From positions 81,592,001 to 81,656,000 of the forward strand of contig JAGIQG010000009.1 in NCBI GenBank assembly GCA_024679065.1: DNA of 64,000 bases. Reading direction: 5' to 3'. The DNA is from Sphyrna mokarran. Lineage: Eukaryota. Below are positions 46,140-58,280 of the stretch, piece by piece (the stretch's first letter is position 1; every line of letters starts with the position of its first letter). Under the pieces are notes generated by a model that had not been told where the DNA came from, ran no database searches, and saw nothing but the letters and a program-made list of their open reading frames with translations. Position numbers and translations under genes: made by a program.

Positions 46140-49100
46140 GGCTTGTGGATTTAGAAGGTACTGCCTCAGGAACTTTGGTGAGCTCATGCGGGGCATCTTG
46201 TGGATGGCACACACTGCTGCCACTGTTCAAGAGTGGTTGAGGAATTGAATGTTCGTGGAAGAGGAGGCTATCAAGAGGGGTTGCTTTGTCCTGAATGATG
46301 TTGAGCTTCTTGAGTGTTATTGGAGCTGCACTCATCCAGGCAAGTGGGAAGTATTCTACCACACTCCTGACTTGTGCCTTGAAAGTGGCAGACTTTGAGG
46401 AGTCATGAGGTGAGTTATTGTTCACAGTATTCTTAACCACTGACCTGCTCTTGTAACCACAGTACTTGTATTTTTTTTAGAGCAACACAGCACGGGAAAC
46501 AGGCCCTTTGGCCCAACGAGCCCGCGCTGCCGTCATAACTTTATGGTAACAATTCCTATTCTAATTTTAGGTTATTCCTAATTTTTCCTATTCTAATTTT
46601 AGGTTATTCCTAATATGGAAGAATCTCAATATAGGGACAATTTGTTTCCCAATCAGCCTAAGAGTGAATTTTTGGGAAGTGGGAGGAAACCGGAGCGCCC
46701 AGAGAAAACCCACGCAACCACGGGGAGAACGTGCAAACTCCCGCAGACACCGGCCCAATTCCAAGTGTCTGCACAGCTACAGCGATAATCACTGAGCTGT
46801 CATGGTGCCCTTCAGATGGTCCAGATAAAGCACTCATTTACGACATGAAGCACCAGGCAACCCATGAATCAACATCCAAGAGCTGTCCTCGCACCACCTG
46901 CCGAATGCATGCTCCTTGTTGGTCAAGTTGGACCGAATTAACTGTGGGAAAAAAAAAGTCATAGTTAAACAGTCCTACTGTATCCCTCTATCTGCATAAC
47001 GCTCATGTGGCTGTCCAAGAGACCCTTAAACAGCCCTAGCGTGCCTGCTCCCACCACCTTACTCGGGAGTGCATTCCACACCCCCACTACCCTTTGTGTG
47101 AAAAACTGCCCTCTAATATTTGTCTTATACATAGCCCCCCTCACCCTAAGGCCGTGACCCCTCGTCCTATCCATTTCTGAAGGTGGGAAAAGTTTACCAC
47201 CACTTACTCTCTCTATACCCCTTATAATCTTATACACCTCTATTAGATCCCCTCTAAGCCGACGTCTTTCAAGGGAAAACAACCCCAGTCTATTTAATCG
47301 TTGCTCATAAGACAGTCCTTCCATACCAGGCAGCATCCTGGTAAACCTCCTCTGCACTCTCTCCAAGGACTCCACATCCTTCCGATAGTACGGCGACCAG
47401 AACTGGACGCAGTATTCCAAGTGAGGCCTAACCAACGTCCTATACAATTGCAACATCAAACTCCTACTCTTGTATTCTATACCCTTTTCTATGAAAGCTA
47501 ACATACTATAAGCTTTCTTTATCACCTTCTCCACCTGTAAAGACACCTTCAGAGACTTGTGAACCTGCACCCCCAAGTCTCTCTGCGTCTCTATACTCCG
47601 AATAGTTTTACCTTTTATCCTATAACTCTCTTCTACATTTTTCCGGCCAAAATGCATCGCCTCGCATTTTCCGGATTAAATGGTTATTGCTGTGCAGTTT
47701 TTGGTCAGTGATAACAACCAGCATGTTGACAGTGGAGGATTCAGCAATGGAAATGACAGTTAATGTCAAGGGGAGATATTAAAGTTCTCTCTTGTTGGAG
47801 ATGGTCATTGCCTGATACTTGCGAGGTGTGATTGTTACTTTCCTCTTGTCAGCCTAAGCCTGGATATTGTCTCGGTCTTGCAGCATTTGGATATAGACTA
47901 TTTCAGTATCTGAGGAGTTGTGAATACTGCTGAACATTGTGCAGTCATCAGTGGACATTCTTATTTCTGATCTTATGATGGAGGGAAGATCATTAATGAA
48001 GCAGCTGAAGATGGTTGGGCTAAGACACAATCCTGAGGAACTCCTGCAGTGATGTCCTGGGGCAAGTTCAGATTGAAATTCGAGAACCATAACCATCTAC
48101 TATTGTGCTGAGAGAGTTTTCTCCTGATTCCCATTGACTTCAGTTTTGCAAAGGCTCCTTGATGCTACTCTCCGTCAAATGCTGCCTTGATATCAAGAGC
48201 AGTCACTCTCACCTCACCTCTGGGGTTTAGTTCTTCAGTCCATGTTTGAACCAAGGCTGTAATGAGGTCAGGAGCTGAGTAACCCTGGCAGAACCCAGAC
48301 TGAGTCTCAGTGAACAGGGTATTGCTAAGTAAAAGCTGTTTGACAGAACTGTCGATGACAAATTCTATTTCTTTGTTGATGATGCAGAGTAGATTGATGG
48401 GGTAGAAATTGGCCAGAATAGATTTGTCTGTTTTTTTTTGGTAAACAGGACATACCTATGCAATTTTCCACATTTCTGGATTGGTGCCAATGTTGTAGCT
48501 GTACTGGAACAGCTTGGCTGGAAGCTAGGGAAGTTCTGGAGCACAACTCTTCAGGATTATTGCTGGATTATTGTCTTTGCAGTCCACACAGTCTTTGCAG
48601 TAACAGCATTATCTTTTGCACTGATGTGCTGGGCTCCTCCATCAATGGAGGAGGGGGTTATTCGTGGAGCCACCTCCTTCAGTGAGTTGTTTAATTGTCC
48701 ATCACTCTTCATGGCTGGATTTTGATCTGATCCATTGGACGTGGGATGGTTTAGCTCTGTCTATCGCTTGCTCTTTGGCACACAGTCTCTGTGTTGTTGC
48801 TTCACCAGGTTAACACCTCATTTTTTAGCTTATTTGCTATTGCTCCTGCCATGCCCTCCTGCACTCTTCATTGAACCAGGGTTGATCCCCTAGCTTGGTG
48901 GTAATGGTAAGAGTGGGGGATATGCCAGGCCATGAGATTACAGATTGTGGTTGAGTACAATTCTACTGCTGCTGATGGCCCACAGCACCTCATTGTTGCC
49001 CAATTTTGAGTTGCTACTTCTGTTTGAAATCTATCCCATTTAGCACGGTGGTAGTGCCACACAACATGACAGAGGGTATCCACAATGTGAAGATGGGATT

Positions 49101-49624
49101 TTATCTCCACAAGGACTGTGCGGTGGTCACTCCCACTGATACTGTCATGGACAGATCCATCTGCAGCAGGCAGGTTGGTGAGGATGAGGTCAAGTATGTT
49201 TCCCTCTCTTGTTGGTTCCCTCCCCCCTGCCGTGGTCCCAGTCTCGCAGCGATGTCCTTTAGGACCCAGCCAGCTCGGTGTGTGTGGAGCTACCGAGTAA
49301 CTCTTGGTGATGGACATTGAATTCCCCACCCAGAGTACATTCTGTGTCCTTCCCACCCTCAGTGCTTCCTCCAAGTGGTGTTCAACATGGAGGAGAACTG
49401 GTTCATCAGCTGAAGGGGGGACGGTATGTGGTAACCAGAGGAGGTTTCCTTGTCTGTGTTTGACATGGTACCGAGAGACTACATGGAGTCTGGAATGTTG
49501 TTGAGGATTCCCAGGATAACTCCCTCCTGACTGTATCCCACTGTGCCTTCTGTGCTGGCAGATTGGAGATAGTGAACACGATTCACCATTTTCTCCCGTC
49601 TCAGTAACAAACATCCAGCTGCTC
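46140..49624 (-). mobile_element. Degraded LINE (endonuclease-RT) interrupted by a younger CR1
   Basis: EPTREGNILDLILTNLP, SDHRTVL, CLSPTIFSCFINDLP and VEYFPLAWMSAAP motifs. Confidence 0.75.
46478..47680 (-). mobile_element. 5'-truncated CR1 (long-3'UTR subfamily containing a V-SINE core)
   Basis: 230-aa RT C-terminal ORF at 46965-47657; about 490-nt 3' UTR with a V-domain at about 46640-46810. Confidence 0.88.
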
Positions 49625-50319
49625 TGAGCTCCTTCTTTCACTTCCTCTGTCGGTTACGTTTCAATCTTCCGATCTGACAGTCTTTGCAGTTATTTTTGAC
49701 ACTGGGGATTTGTGCTGTGGTCTGAATCTCTAACAATAACTGTCCAATCAGTGAAAAGAACAACAGCTCAGAGCAGTCAGGACTGAGGAGCCAGGCTCAC
49801 TGGGAAACACATTGGGAAGATCAAAGACATGGTCTTCAGCTCCCAATACAAACTCCATCCCTCCCCCCTGAGCACTGTCTGCTGCTCAACCACATTCTCT
49901 ACAACATTGGCCTCATCTTTGACCCTGATCTGACTCCCCCACAAATCCTTCACATCACAACGACTAGCCTCTTCCCCTGAGAATTGGAATATGCTGTCGA
50001 CATTGGAGAGAGATTTCACAAATAGAGAGGAGAAGAGGCAAAGACTTGGGAATAGTAGGGACAGATGGAGGAAACTCGGTTTGAACATTTTCAATTGGCT
50101 CCCCTGCAGTCTGAACAGTGTTTTTTCAGAGAGAAAGTTCCAGATTTCCACTAGTCTTCAAGTGATGAAATGACTCCTGAACTTACCCCTGAAGATTCAA
50201 TGACTTTGTTCATTCCAATAGCATTGCCTGAATGTTTTAACATTAATCTCAGTAAAATCATTTCATTCATCCCACTTTAGCTGTAATGAGAGACACAGTG
50301 CAGTGAAATGGTATTGACC

Positions 50320-50695
50320 GTTTTTTAAGTCTACAAGATTATGAGAGGCATGGACAGAATGGATCATCAGAAGCTTTTTCTCAGGTGGAAGAGTCAATTA
50401 CTAGGAGGCACAGGTTTATGGTGAGAGGGGCAAACTTTAAAGGAGATGTGTGAGGCAGGTTTTTTGCTCAGAGAGCAGTGGGTGCCTGGAACTCATTGCC
50501 GTGGCAGATAGTGGAAGTGGATACTGCAGTGACTTTTAAAGGACGTCTTGACAAATACATGAATAGAATAGGAATAGAGGGATATGGTCCCCGGAAGGGT
50601 AAGGGTTTTTAGTTAAGTCAGTGCATGGTCGGTACAGGCTTGGGGTGCTGAAGGGCCTGTTCCTGTGCTGTAATTTTCTTTGTTCATTGTTCTTT
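50320..50695 (+). mobile_element. CR1 3' fragment
   Basis: tggaactcattgcc, gacttttaaaggacgtcttgacaaatacatgaa, and a gaagggcctgttcctgtgctg...ttctttg tail. Confidence 0.7.
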
Positions 50696-50885
50696 GGCTC
50701 CTAGTGACTGGTATAGTGAGAGGCAAGGTACAGTAAAATGGTATTGACTGTTTCTGGTGTCAGGTGTAGTGAGTGAGCAGTGAAATTTTAGACTGAGGAC
50801 TCAAAATGCATTTTTCAAATAATTAAAAAGGTGAAAATGAATTAATTTGCTGTAAGTCGTTGAAGCTTTCATCCAGGAGAGGGAA

Positions 50886-50975
50886 TGAGAGAGAGACAGA
50901 CAGACAGACAAGAAGAGACACAGAGAGAGAGATAATAGGAGAGAGAGAGAGAGAGCGAGAGGGAGCGAGAGAACG
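50886..50975. repeat. (GA)n-rich microsatellite
   Basis: Direct inspection. Confidence 0.8.
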
Positions 50976-51651
50976 AGTGACAGACCAAGAGGATTCCCCT
51001 CGGGGGGGGTTCATAAGCAGTGATAGGCAGGGACTAGGAAATGGGAGCTTCGGCTGTTTAGATTGTTCTTGAAGATTTCTCCCATCCCCTCCACTCGGAG
51101 TGTTTTTTTGTTTCAAAACTGAAAGTTTAATGTTGTTCAGATAAATGTTATCAGAATGGAAATACACATATCTCTCTATTTGTCTGTGTTTGTGTACAAT
51201 GAAGGATTTGTGAGTATGTGAGCTTTCATGTGTTCCCTTCCCTAATTTCTCATTTGTGTGTGAAGTTTCAGCAACTTGAAGCTTCACAATGTGGATAATG
51301 AGTTGGATTCAAGAACAACATAATGAAACAAAGCAAAGTTTGAAGTGAAAAGATTTGAGTTGAGATTTCTGTCCAAAAAGCAGAATTTGATTGTTCTCTA
51401 AAAATAGACCAGCTTTTCTTTGTGAAGATGAAGCAGCTTTGTAGCAGCCTCTTGCAGCCAAACACAGAGTGAACTCTTTACAAGAACAGCTTAAACTTTC
51501 AGATTGCTGAATCCAACCCCCCCCTCGAGCAGAATGGACCTTGTGTTTTTACTTCCAGAGAACCACAAATGGAATAAGATTGCCAGCAGCATTAAGACTC
51601 TGAGAATTGATCTGAAGATTTTTATTCCCACACCATGATCAAAGTTTAGAA

Positions 51652-51950
51652 TTAGGCGGCACAGTAGTTAACACTGCTGTCTCATAGTTCCAGACACCTG
51701 TGGAGTTTGCAGTTCTCCCCATGTCTGCGTGGGTTTTCTCCAGGTGCTCTGGTTTCCTCCTACAATCAAAGATGTGTGGGTTAGGTTGATTGGCCATTCT
51801 AAATTGCCCCTTTGTGTCTCAGAATGTGGAGGTTAGAGGCATCAGCAGGGTAAATATGTAGCATTCTGGGGTAGGGCCTGGGAGGGGATTGTTGTCTGTG
51901 TAAATTTGATCAGCCAAATGAACTCTTTCTGCAAGACAGGGGTTCTGTGG
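51652..51950 (+). mobile_element. V-SINE (HE1-like), inverted paralog of 26193-26520
   Basis: ggcggcacagtagttaacactgctg head and a V-domain. Confidence 0.7.
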
Positions 51951-52712
51951 AAAATGATTTAACCCCTTCAGGACATTGTTATCTTCTGCTTGGGGACAGG
52001 AGATCTGATATGGACACACTGAACCATGAGAATCAGATCTTTTAGCAAGTGTCCTTTGAAAAACGATAATGTTAACTAAGGTAAAGAATATGTGTTAATA
52101 AATATGTGGCACTTTCAAACTGGATACAAAGCCACATACATCAGGAAGACGGAGTTTCAATTTTGATAGTGGAAATTATAATTCTTACAAAGTTTAAAGG
52201 CTCAGGTTTGGGTCCTGATAATGTTCTCAACAGGAAATGTTTATTGTAGAAGGTTTGACAACTATTGACACAAATCCAAATGCTGAAAGCTTCTGTGCCG
52301 AAAGAAGAGTTTAAAATGTGTTTGTTTCTTCCCAAAATATAAATCCAAAAGTTTGATAGTTTTCAGAAATGCAATTTGTAGCAGGGTTAAAGAGGGCAGC
52401 TCAACAACAAAGCTATTCGGATCTGGAATCATTTTAAAATCACCAGCAACAGTCTCCAGAGTTACTTTTGAGAGAATAGAATGTTGTTTGAGGTGTTAAG
52501 ACCCACACTGATGTTAAATGTGAAAGGATCTCAAAGCTCAGAATGGGAACATGGAACACTGGTTCTTAGTGCTGTAGATTTTCACTTTAGTATCCTGTGA
52601 GAAAAGTGTGTGAACCAGGGAGAAATAGTCCAGTCTTTGTGTGAACAATTAAAACAGAATATTCATTCACTCTGTGAGCTAAATCCAGTGAATAATTACT
52701 ACACACAGGTTA

Positions 52713-53200
52713 AATGCGAACACTTCAGCGGTCACAGGCATTCAGCCTCTGATCTTTTCTCCAAGGGGGCCTTCACGACACACAACAGCGCAGAATTGCT
52801 GAGCAGAGACTGATAGCCAAGTTCCGCAACATGAGGACGGCCTCAACCGGGATCTGGGGTTCATGTCGCGCTATCTGTGACCCCATGACTTATCTGGGTT
52901 TGTAAAATTTCACTGTCCTGCCTGGAGACAGTACACATCTCTTTAACCTATACTAATGCTATCTCCACTTACATTGCCTGCACTTTTAAGATTTGAATAG
53001 CAAATTAGCTGTAAAGACTTGCATTCTAGTCAGTATTCTGTAAACTGTGTGTGATTTCACATGCCCTTCTCTGATCAGAACCTTCCACACACCTGACAAA
53101 GGAACACCATTTCCGAAAACTTGAGGGTTTACGATCAAATAAACTGGTTGGATTTAACCTGGTGTTGAGACACTTCTTTCTGTGTTTACCCCAGTTCAAT
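52713..53200 (+). mobile_element. Penelope-like element 3' end (GIY-YIG C-terminus plus pLTR)
   Basis: EHFSGHRHSASDL ... QQRRIAEQRLIAKFR ... EDGLNRDLGFMSRYL* across frameshifts, followed by a decayed hammerhead/aaataaac..gttgga motif. Confidence 0.7.
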
Positions 53201-54336
53201 GTGGCCCATGGAAGACTTCTACAGAAAATGCAGATGTGTGGAATAGAGGGTGATTTAGCTAATTGGATTAGGAATTGGCTGGCAGGTAGAAGACAGAGGG
53301 TGGTGGTTGATGGGAGATATTCATCGTGGAGTTCGGTGACGAGTGGTGTGCCTCAGGGTCTGTTTTGGGGCCCCTGCTGTTTGTAATTTTTATAAATGAT
53401 CTGGATGAGGGTATTGAGGGATGGATCAGTAAATTGGCAGATGACACTAAAGTCGGTGGAGTGGTAGATAGTGAAGAGGGGTGTTATAGTTTACAGAGTG
53501 ACTTGGACAAGTTGCAGAGCTGGGCCGAGAGGTGGCAGATGGAGTTTAATGTGGAAAAGTGTGAGGTAATGCACTTTGGCAGGAACAATAAATGTGTAGA
53601 GTATAGGGCTAATGGTAGGGCTCTTAATAGTGTTGAGGAACAGACGGATCTTGGTGTATGTGTCAATAGATCCCTGAAAGTAGGCAGTCAAGTGGATAAC
53701 GTTGTTAAGAAGGCTTATGGAGTCTTAGCTTTTATTGGTAGGGGGATTGAATTTAGGAGCCGCAGCATCATGTTGCAGCTGTACAAAACTCTAGTGCGGC
53801 CGCACTTGGAGTATTGTGTGCAGTTCTGGTCGCCACCTTATAAGAAAGATGTGGAGGCATTGGAGAGGGTACAGAGGAGGTTTACTAGGATGTTGCCTGG
53901 TATGGAGGGCAGGTCCTATGAAGGGAGGTTGAAGGATTTGAGGTTGTTTTCGTTAGAAAGGAGGCGGCTAAGGGGGGATCTTATTGAAGCATATAAGATA
54001 ATTAGAGGTTTGGATAGGGTGGACAGTGATAGCCTTTTTCCTAGGACGGAGAAAGCTAGCACGAGGGGACACAACTTTAAATTAAGGGGTATGAGTTATA
54101 GGACGGATATCAGAGGTAGGTTCTTTACTCAAAGAGTGATTAGGGAATGGAATGCCCTGCCTGCCGCTGTTGTAGATGCGCCAAGTTTGGTGGCGTTTAA
54201 GAGGTTAATTGATAAGTATATGGAAGAGAAGGTAATGGTTTAGTTTGGAGGGGCATTGCTTTTTATTTTGGTCGGCACAACATCGAAGGCCGAAGGGCCT
54301 GTTCTGTGCTGTAATGTTCTATGTTCTATGTTCTAT
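53201..54336 (+). mobile_element. 5'-truncated CR1 LINE (same subfamily as 5141-9022)
   Basis: 305-aa RT ORF at 53326-54243; (gttctat)n tail. Confidence 0.92.
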
Positions 54337-54902
54337 TTCTATATCTTGGAAATATATTGCCATTCCGTCATAGTCACTGGATTAAAATCCTGGAATCCCC
54401 TCCTTATTGGCATTGTGGGTCAACCCACAGCTCATAGACTGCAGCGATTCAAGAAGCAGCTCACCACCACCTTCACAAGGGCAACTAGGGATGCACCATA
54501 AATGCTGGCCAACCAGCGATGCCCATGTCCCATGAATGAATGAAAAAAAGTCAAATTGGCCTGATTTCTGTTTTAAAAATAATGAGTCCAGGCCTGAGGC
54601 CTGCTGCTGCCAGTAACTTTACAATTTTGTATTTAACATTTTATTTCTGCTCTGCTTTGATTTGTAATATTTGAACTCATTTTGTATTTTCTCACTTGAT
54701 CCACATTGATCTTAACCCAGCTATGGTTGTGTTCTGAATCATTCAGAAGAAGAATCAGGGGTGAGCGGTTTTTCCAGATTGTGTTTTCTCTCTGTACTGG
54801 CCACACAGCTGTTAGTCAGACTCAATCTTTTATTCCTCCACTTTCTCAAGCTAGAATATTAAAATAAGTTTTTTTTATTACAGGTACTGTTCTACTGCAT
54901 TC

Positions 54903-55068
54903 TGTGGAAATGCCGATGTTGGACTGGGGTAGGCACAGTAAGTAGTCTCACAATACCACGTTAAAGTCCAACAGGTTTATTTGGTAGCACAAGTTTTCGG
55001 AGCGCTGACCCTTCATCAGGTAAGGAAGGAACAGCACTTTGAAAGCTCGTGCTACCAAATAAACCTGT
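54903..55068. mobile_element. Inverted Penelope-like pLTR fragments with hammerhead remnants
   Basis: Minus strand ctgatgaagggtcagcgctccgaaaacttgtg; plus strand gaaagctcgtgctaccaaataaacctgtt. Confidence 0.6.
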
Positions 55069-55330
55069 TATAAAGCTGCAATGAAGTTACTGTGAAAATC
55101 CCGTTGCCGCCATATTTCGACGCCTGTTCAGGTACACTGAAGGCGAATTTATCATGGCCAATTCTCTGAACCACCTGTGTTTCAGACAGTGGGAGAAAAC
55201 TGGTGGAAACCCATGCAGACACAGGGAGAACATGCAGACTATGTACAGACTGTGACCCATGGTGAGAATCGAACCCGGTTCCCTGGCCCTGTGAGGTATC
55301 AGTGCTAACCACTATGCTACCATATCACCC
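55069..55330 (-). mobile_element. V-SINE
   Basis: Reverse complement has a tRNA-like head (ggttcgattc B box), a V-domain and the same tail type as 9253-9550. Confidence 0.7.
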
Positions 55331-57055
55331 CTTAAGTGAATGACTGTAATGTTCACCCATTGAGGTTACTCAGCAACTTGGGAACGTGTGTACCAATTTT
55401 TGGGTAACTGTCATGGTAAGAAACCTCACAACACCGGCATCTCCACATCATAACTGTCATGGAATAGAGCAAACTGTGTTCAACAAAAATCAGACTGTCT
55501 TCTATTCTTCAGATATATGCAGAGTACTCTCTTCTTTCAGTAAGGTTATCTTTCTTCCTTTTCATACACGTTTTTTTAAAATCGTTATCCAATAAAATGG
55601 CTGTTTTAATACAATACTTGTTTTAGTCGCTCATTCCTGTTACATCCAGAGTCTGGTTCTGAATCTCAGTGAGACTCTGAAAGGAACTCTCACCGCTCCT
55701 TACATGAAAACACTTTATTGGACTGAAAAGTCCCTTCAGACAAACTGAACCAGATAAGTTGCTAACTATTACCTATGTAAAAGTTCTGAGTAAATGATTC
55801 AGGGTCAGAGATAGAGTACGGGAAAAGGGACACAGCTTACAAACTATTGGATTTAATAACCCGGCCATTCGCTGTGACATTAGAACCAGACAAGGGGAGA
55901 TAAACAAAGATCCAGAGTGAGAAACCTCCCCACCCCCAAACTTCTTTGACATGAAATGGTTAATATGGCCTAAAGAGTAAGAAAACAGTTTTTAAACGAT
56001 CAAAGCAATAGAGAAACTGACTTTAAAATAATCTTCAGATGATTGTTACCAGAAGGAATAAAGAGCAAAAAATAAGAAAAATTCCACGTTTGAGACAATT
56101 GAAGGGTCTGCAAAAATAATTTTTTTCAACAACTGACCACAAGTTGGGTTCAGGTAAAGGGAGAGCTGGACAAAGGATGGCTGGGTGTATTAATGAGCAC
56201 ATTAATCAGCTCACAAAGTAGGAACACAGGATTAATACGATGGTGACAGGCAGAGCTGGGGGTCTCACTGGAAGTGAAGACACTAGGCCATTGAAAGAGA
56301 GGATAAGAAGCTACGTTGTAGAGTTGTGGAGACAGCTTCAGGAACTGAGGTCTGAGTTCACACAGCAGCAGGAGGAGCAGAATGAAGTGAGGGGAAGCAA
56401 CTCTCCCAGGATATGCCAGAGTGAGGGATAAGGTAACGGCTAAGGGAGAAACAGAATGACCAGGGTTTACCCTCCAATGATGGGAAGGACCAGGATGCTC
56501 CAATGAGGAGCCTGGAGGTGAGTGACAATTCCACCAGCCTCATCCTGACCTTATTGGCTGATGGGACAACAGAAAAGTGACCACACTTATGCCTCCCTGG
56601 ATAAGAAAAGAGACATCAGGAGGAGTGTGAGTGACAGAGTAGGAAGTGCATCCAATGACAGACATAAAACTTCAGGGGGAGAGTAGACCAGAGGGGTTCC
56701 ATCTCATTAATATGACTGACTCACAGTCTAAGGAGAGAGGATGGGACAGGTTGTCTCAGGAATTGATAGATAATGTTAGGACAGATATTGAAGAGATCAG
56801 ATTTGGTACAGTGCCTCCACACACATATCAGACTGTGGAGAAATTCCACATTATCAATGTACAGGAAAACTGACAGGAATTAATAGCTACACAGCCCATG
56901 ACAGGAGCTGGGAGAAACACAATTACATTTTATCACAGCAATATAATGACAGGCCATATCAGGGGCAGAGGGACAGAAACCTCTTGAAGGGGATTTCAAG
57001 ACCAAACCTCTCCTGCACACTGCTGCATTCCCACAGAGGATTGTTTTCGACCTCA

Positions 57056-57960
57056 TGCAGATGACACTAAAGTCGGTGGAGTGGTAGATAGTGAAGAGGG
57101 GTGTTATAGTTTGCAGAGAGATTTGGACAAGTTGCAGAGCTGGGCCGAGAGGTGACAAATGGAGTTTAATGTGGAAAAGTGTGAGGTAATGCACTATGGC
57201 AGGAATAATAAATGTGTAGAGTATAGGGCTAATGGTAGGATTCTTAGTAGTCTTGATGAACAGAGGGATCTTGGTGTGTATGTGCATAGATCCCTGAAAG
57301 TAGGCAGTCAAGTCAAGAAGGTTGTTAAGAAGGCATATGGAGTCTTAGCTTTTATTGGTAGGGGGATTGAATTTCGGAGCCGCAACGTCATGTTGCAACG
57401 GTACAAAACTCTAGTGCGGCCGCACTTGGAGTATTGTGTGCAGTTCTGGTCCCCACATTATAAGAAAGATGTGGAGGCATTGGAGAGGGTACAGAGGAGG
57501 TTGACCAGGATGTTGCCTGGTATGGAGGGCAGGTCTTATGAGGAGAGGCTGAGGGATTTGAGGTTGTTTTCGTTAGAAAGGAGGCGGATAAGAGGGGACC
57601 TAATCGAAACATATAAGATGATTAGAGGTTTAGATAGGGTGGACAGTGATAGCCTTTTGCCTAGGATGGAGAAAGCTAGCACGAGGGGACACAGCTTTAA
57701 ATTAAGGGGTGATAGTTATAGGACGGATATCAGAGGTAGGTTCTTTACCCAAAGGGTGGTTCGGGAGTGGAATGCCCTGCCTGCAGCAGTTGTAGATGCG
57801 CCAAGTTTGGTGGCGTTTTAAGAGGTTAGTTGATAAGTATATGGAAGAGAAGGGAATGGTTTAGTTTTGGAGGGGCATTGCTTTTTATATTGGTCGGCGC
57901 AACATCGAAGGCCGAAGGGCCTGTTCTGTGCTGTAATGTTCTATGTTCTATGTTCATGTT
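57056..57960 (+). mobile_element. 5'-truncated CR1 LINE (same subfamily as 53201-54336)
   Basis: RT ORF at 57159-57821; gttctat tail. Confidence 0.92.
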
Positions 57961-57969
57961 ATGCTTACA

Positions 57970-58280
57970 GTTCAGAGGGAGACCAATCAATCCATCTAAT
58001 CTGAACTGACAACAATCCTACCCAGCTCTTATCCCCGCAACACCATTTCTCGACACTGCTAATCCGTCTAACCTACACATCTTGGACACTAATTGTCAAT
58101 TCAGCTTGGGCCATCAACCTAATCAGCATATCTTTAGAGTGTTGGAGGAAACTGGAGCATCCGGAGGAAACCCACACAGGCACCACAGAAATGTGCAAAC
58201 TCCATACAGTCACATGAGGCTGGAATTCAACACAGGTCCCTGGTGCTGCGAGGCAGCAGTGCTAACCACTGTGCCAATGT
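57970..58280 (-). mobile_element. V-SINE (HE1-like)
   Basis: V-domain and tRNA-like head on the minus strand. Confidence 0.65.
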
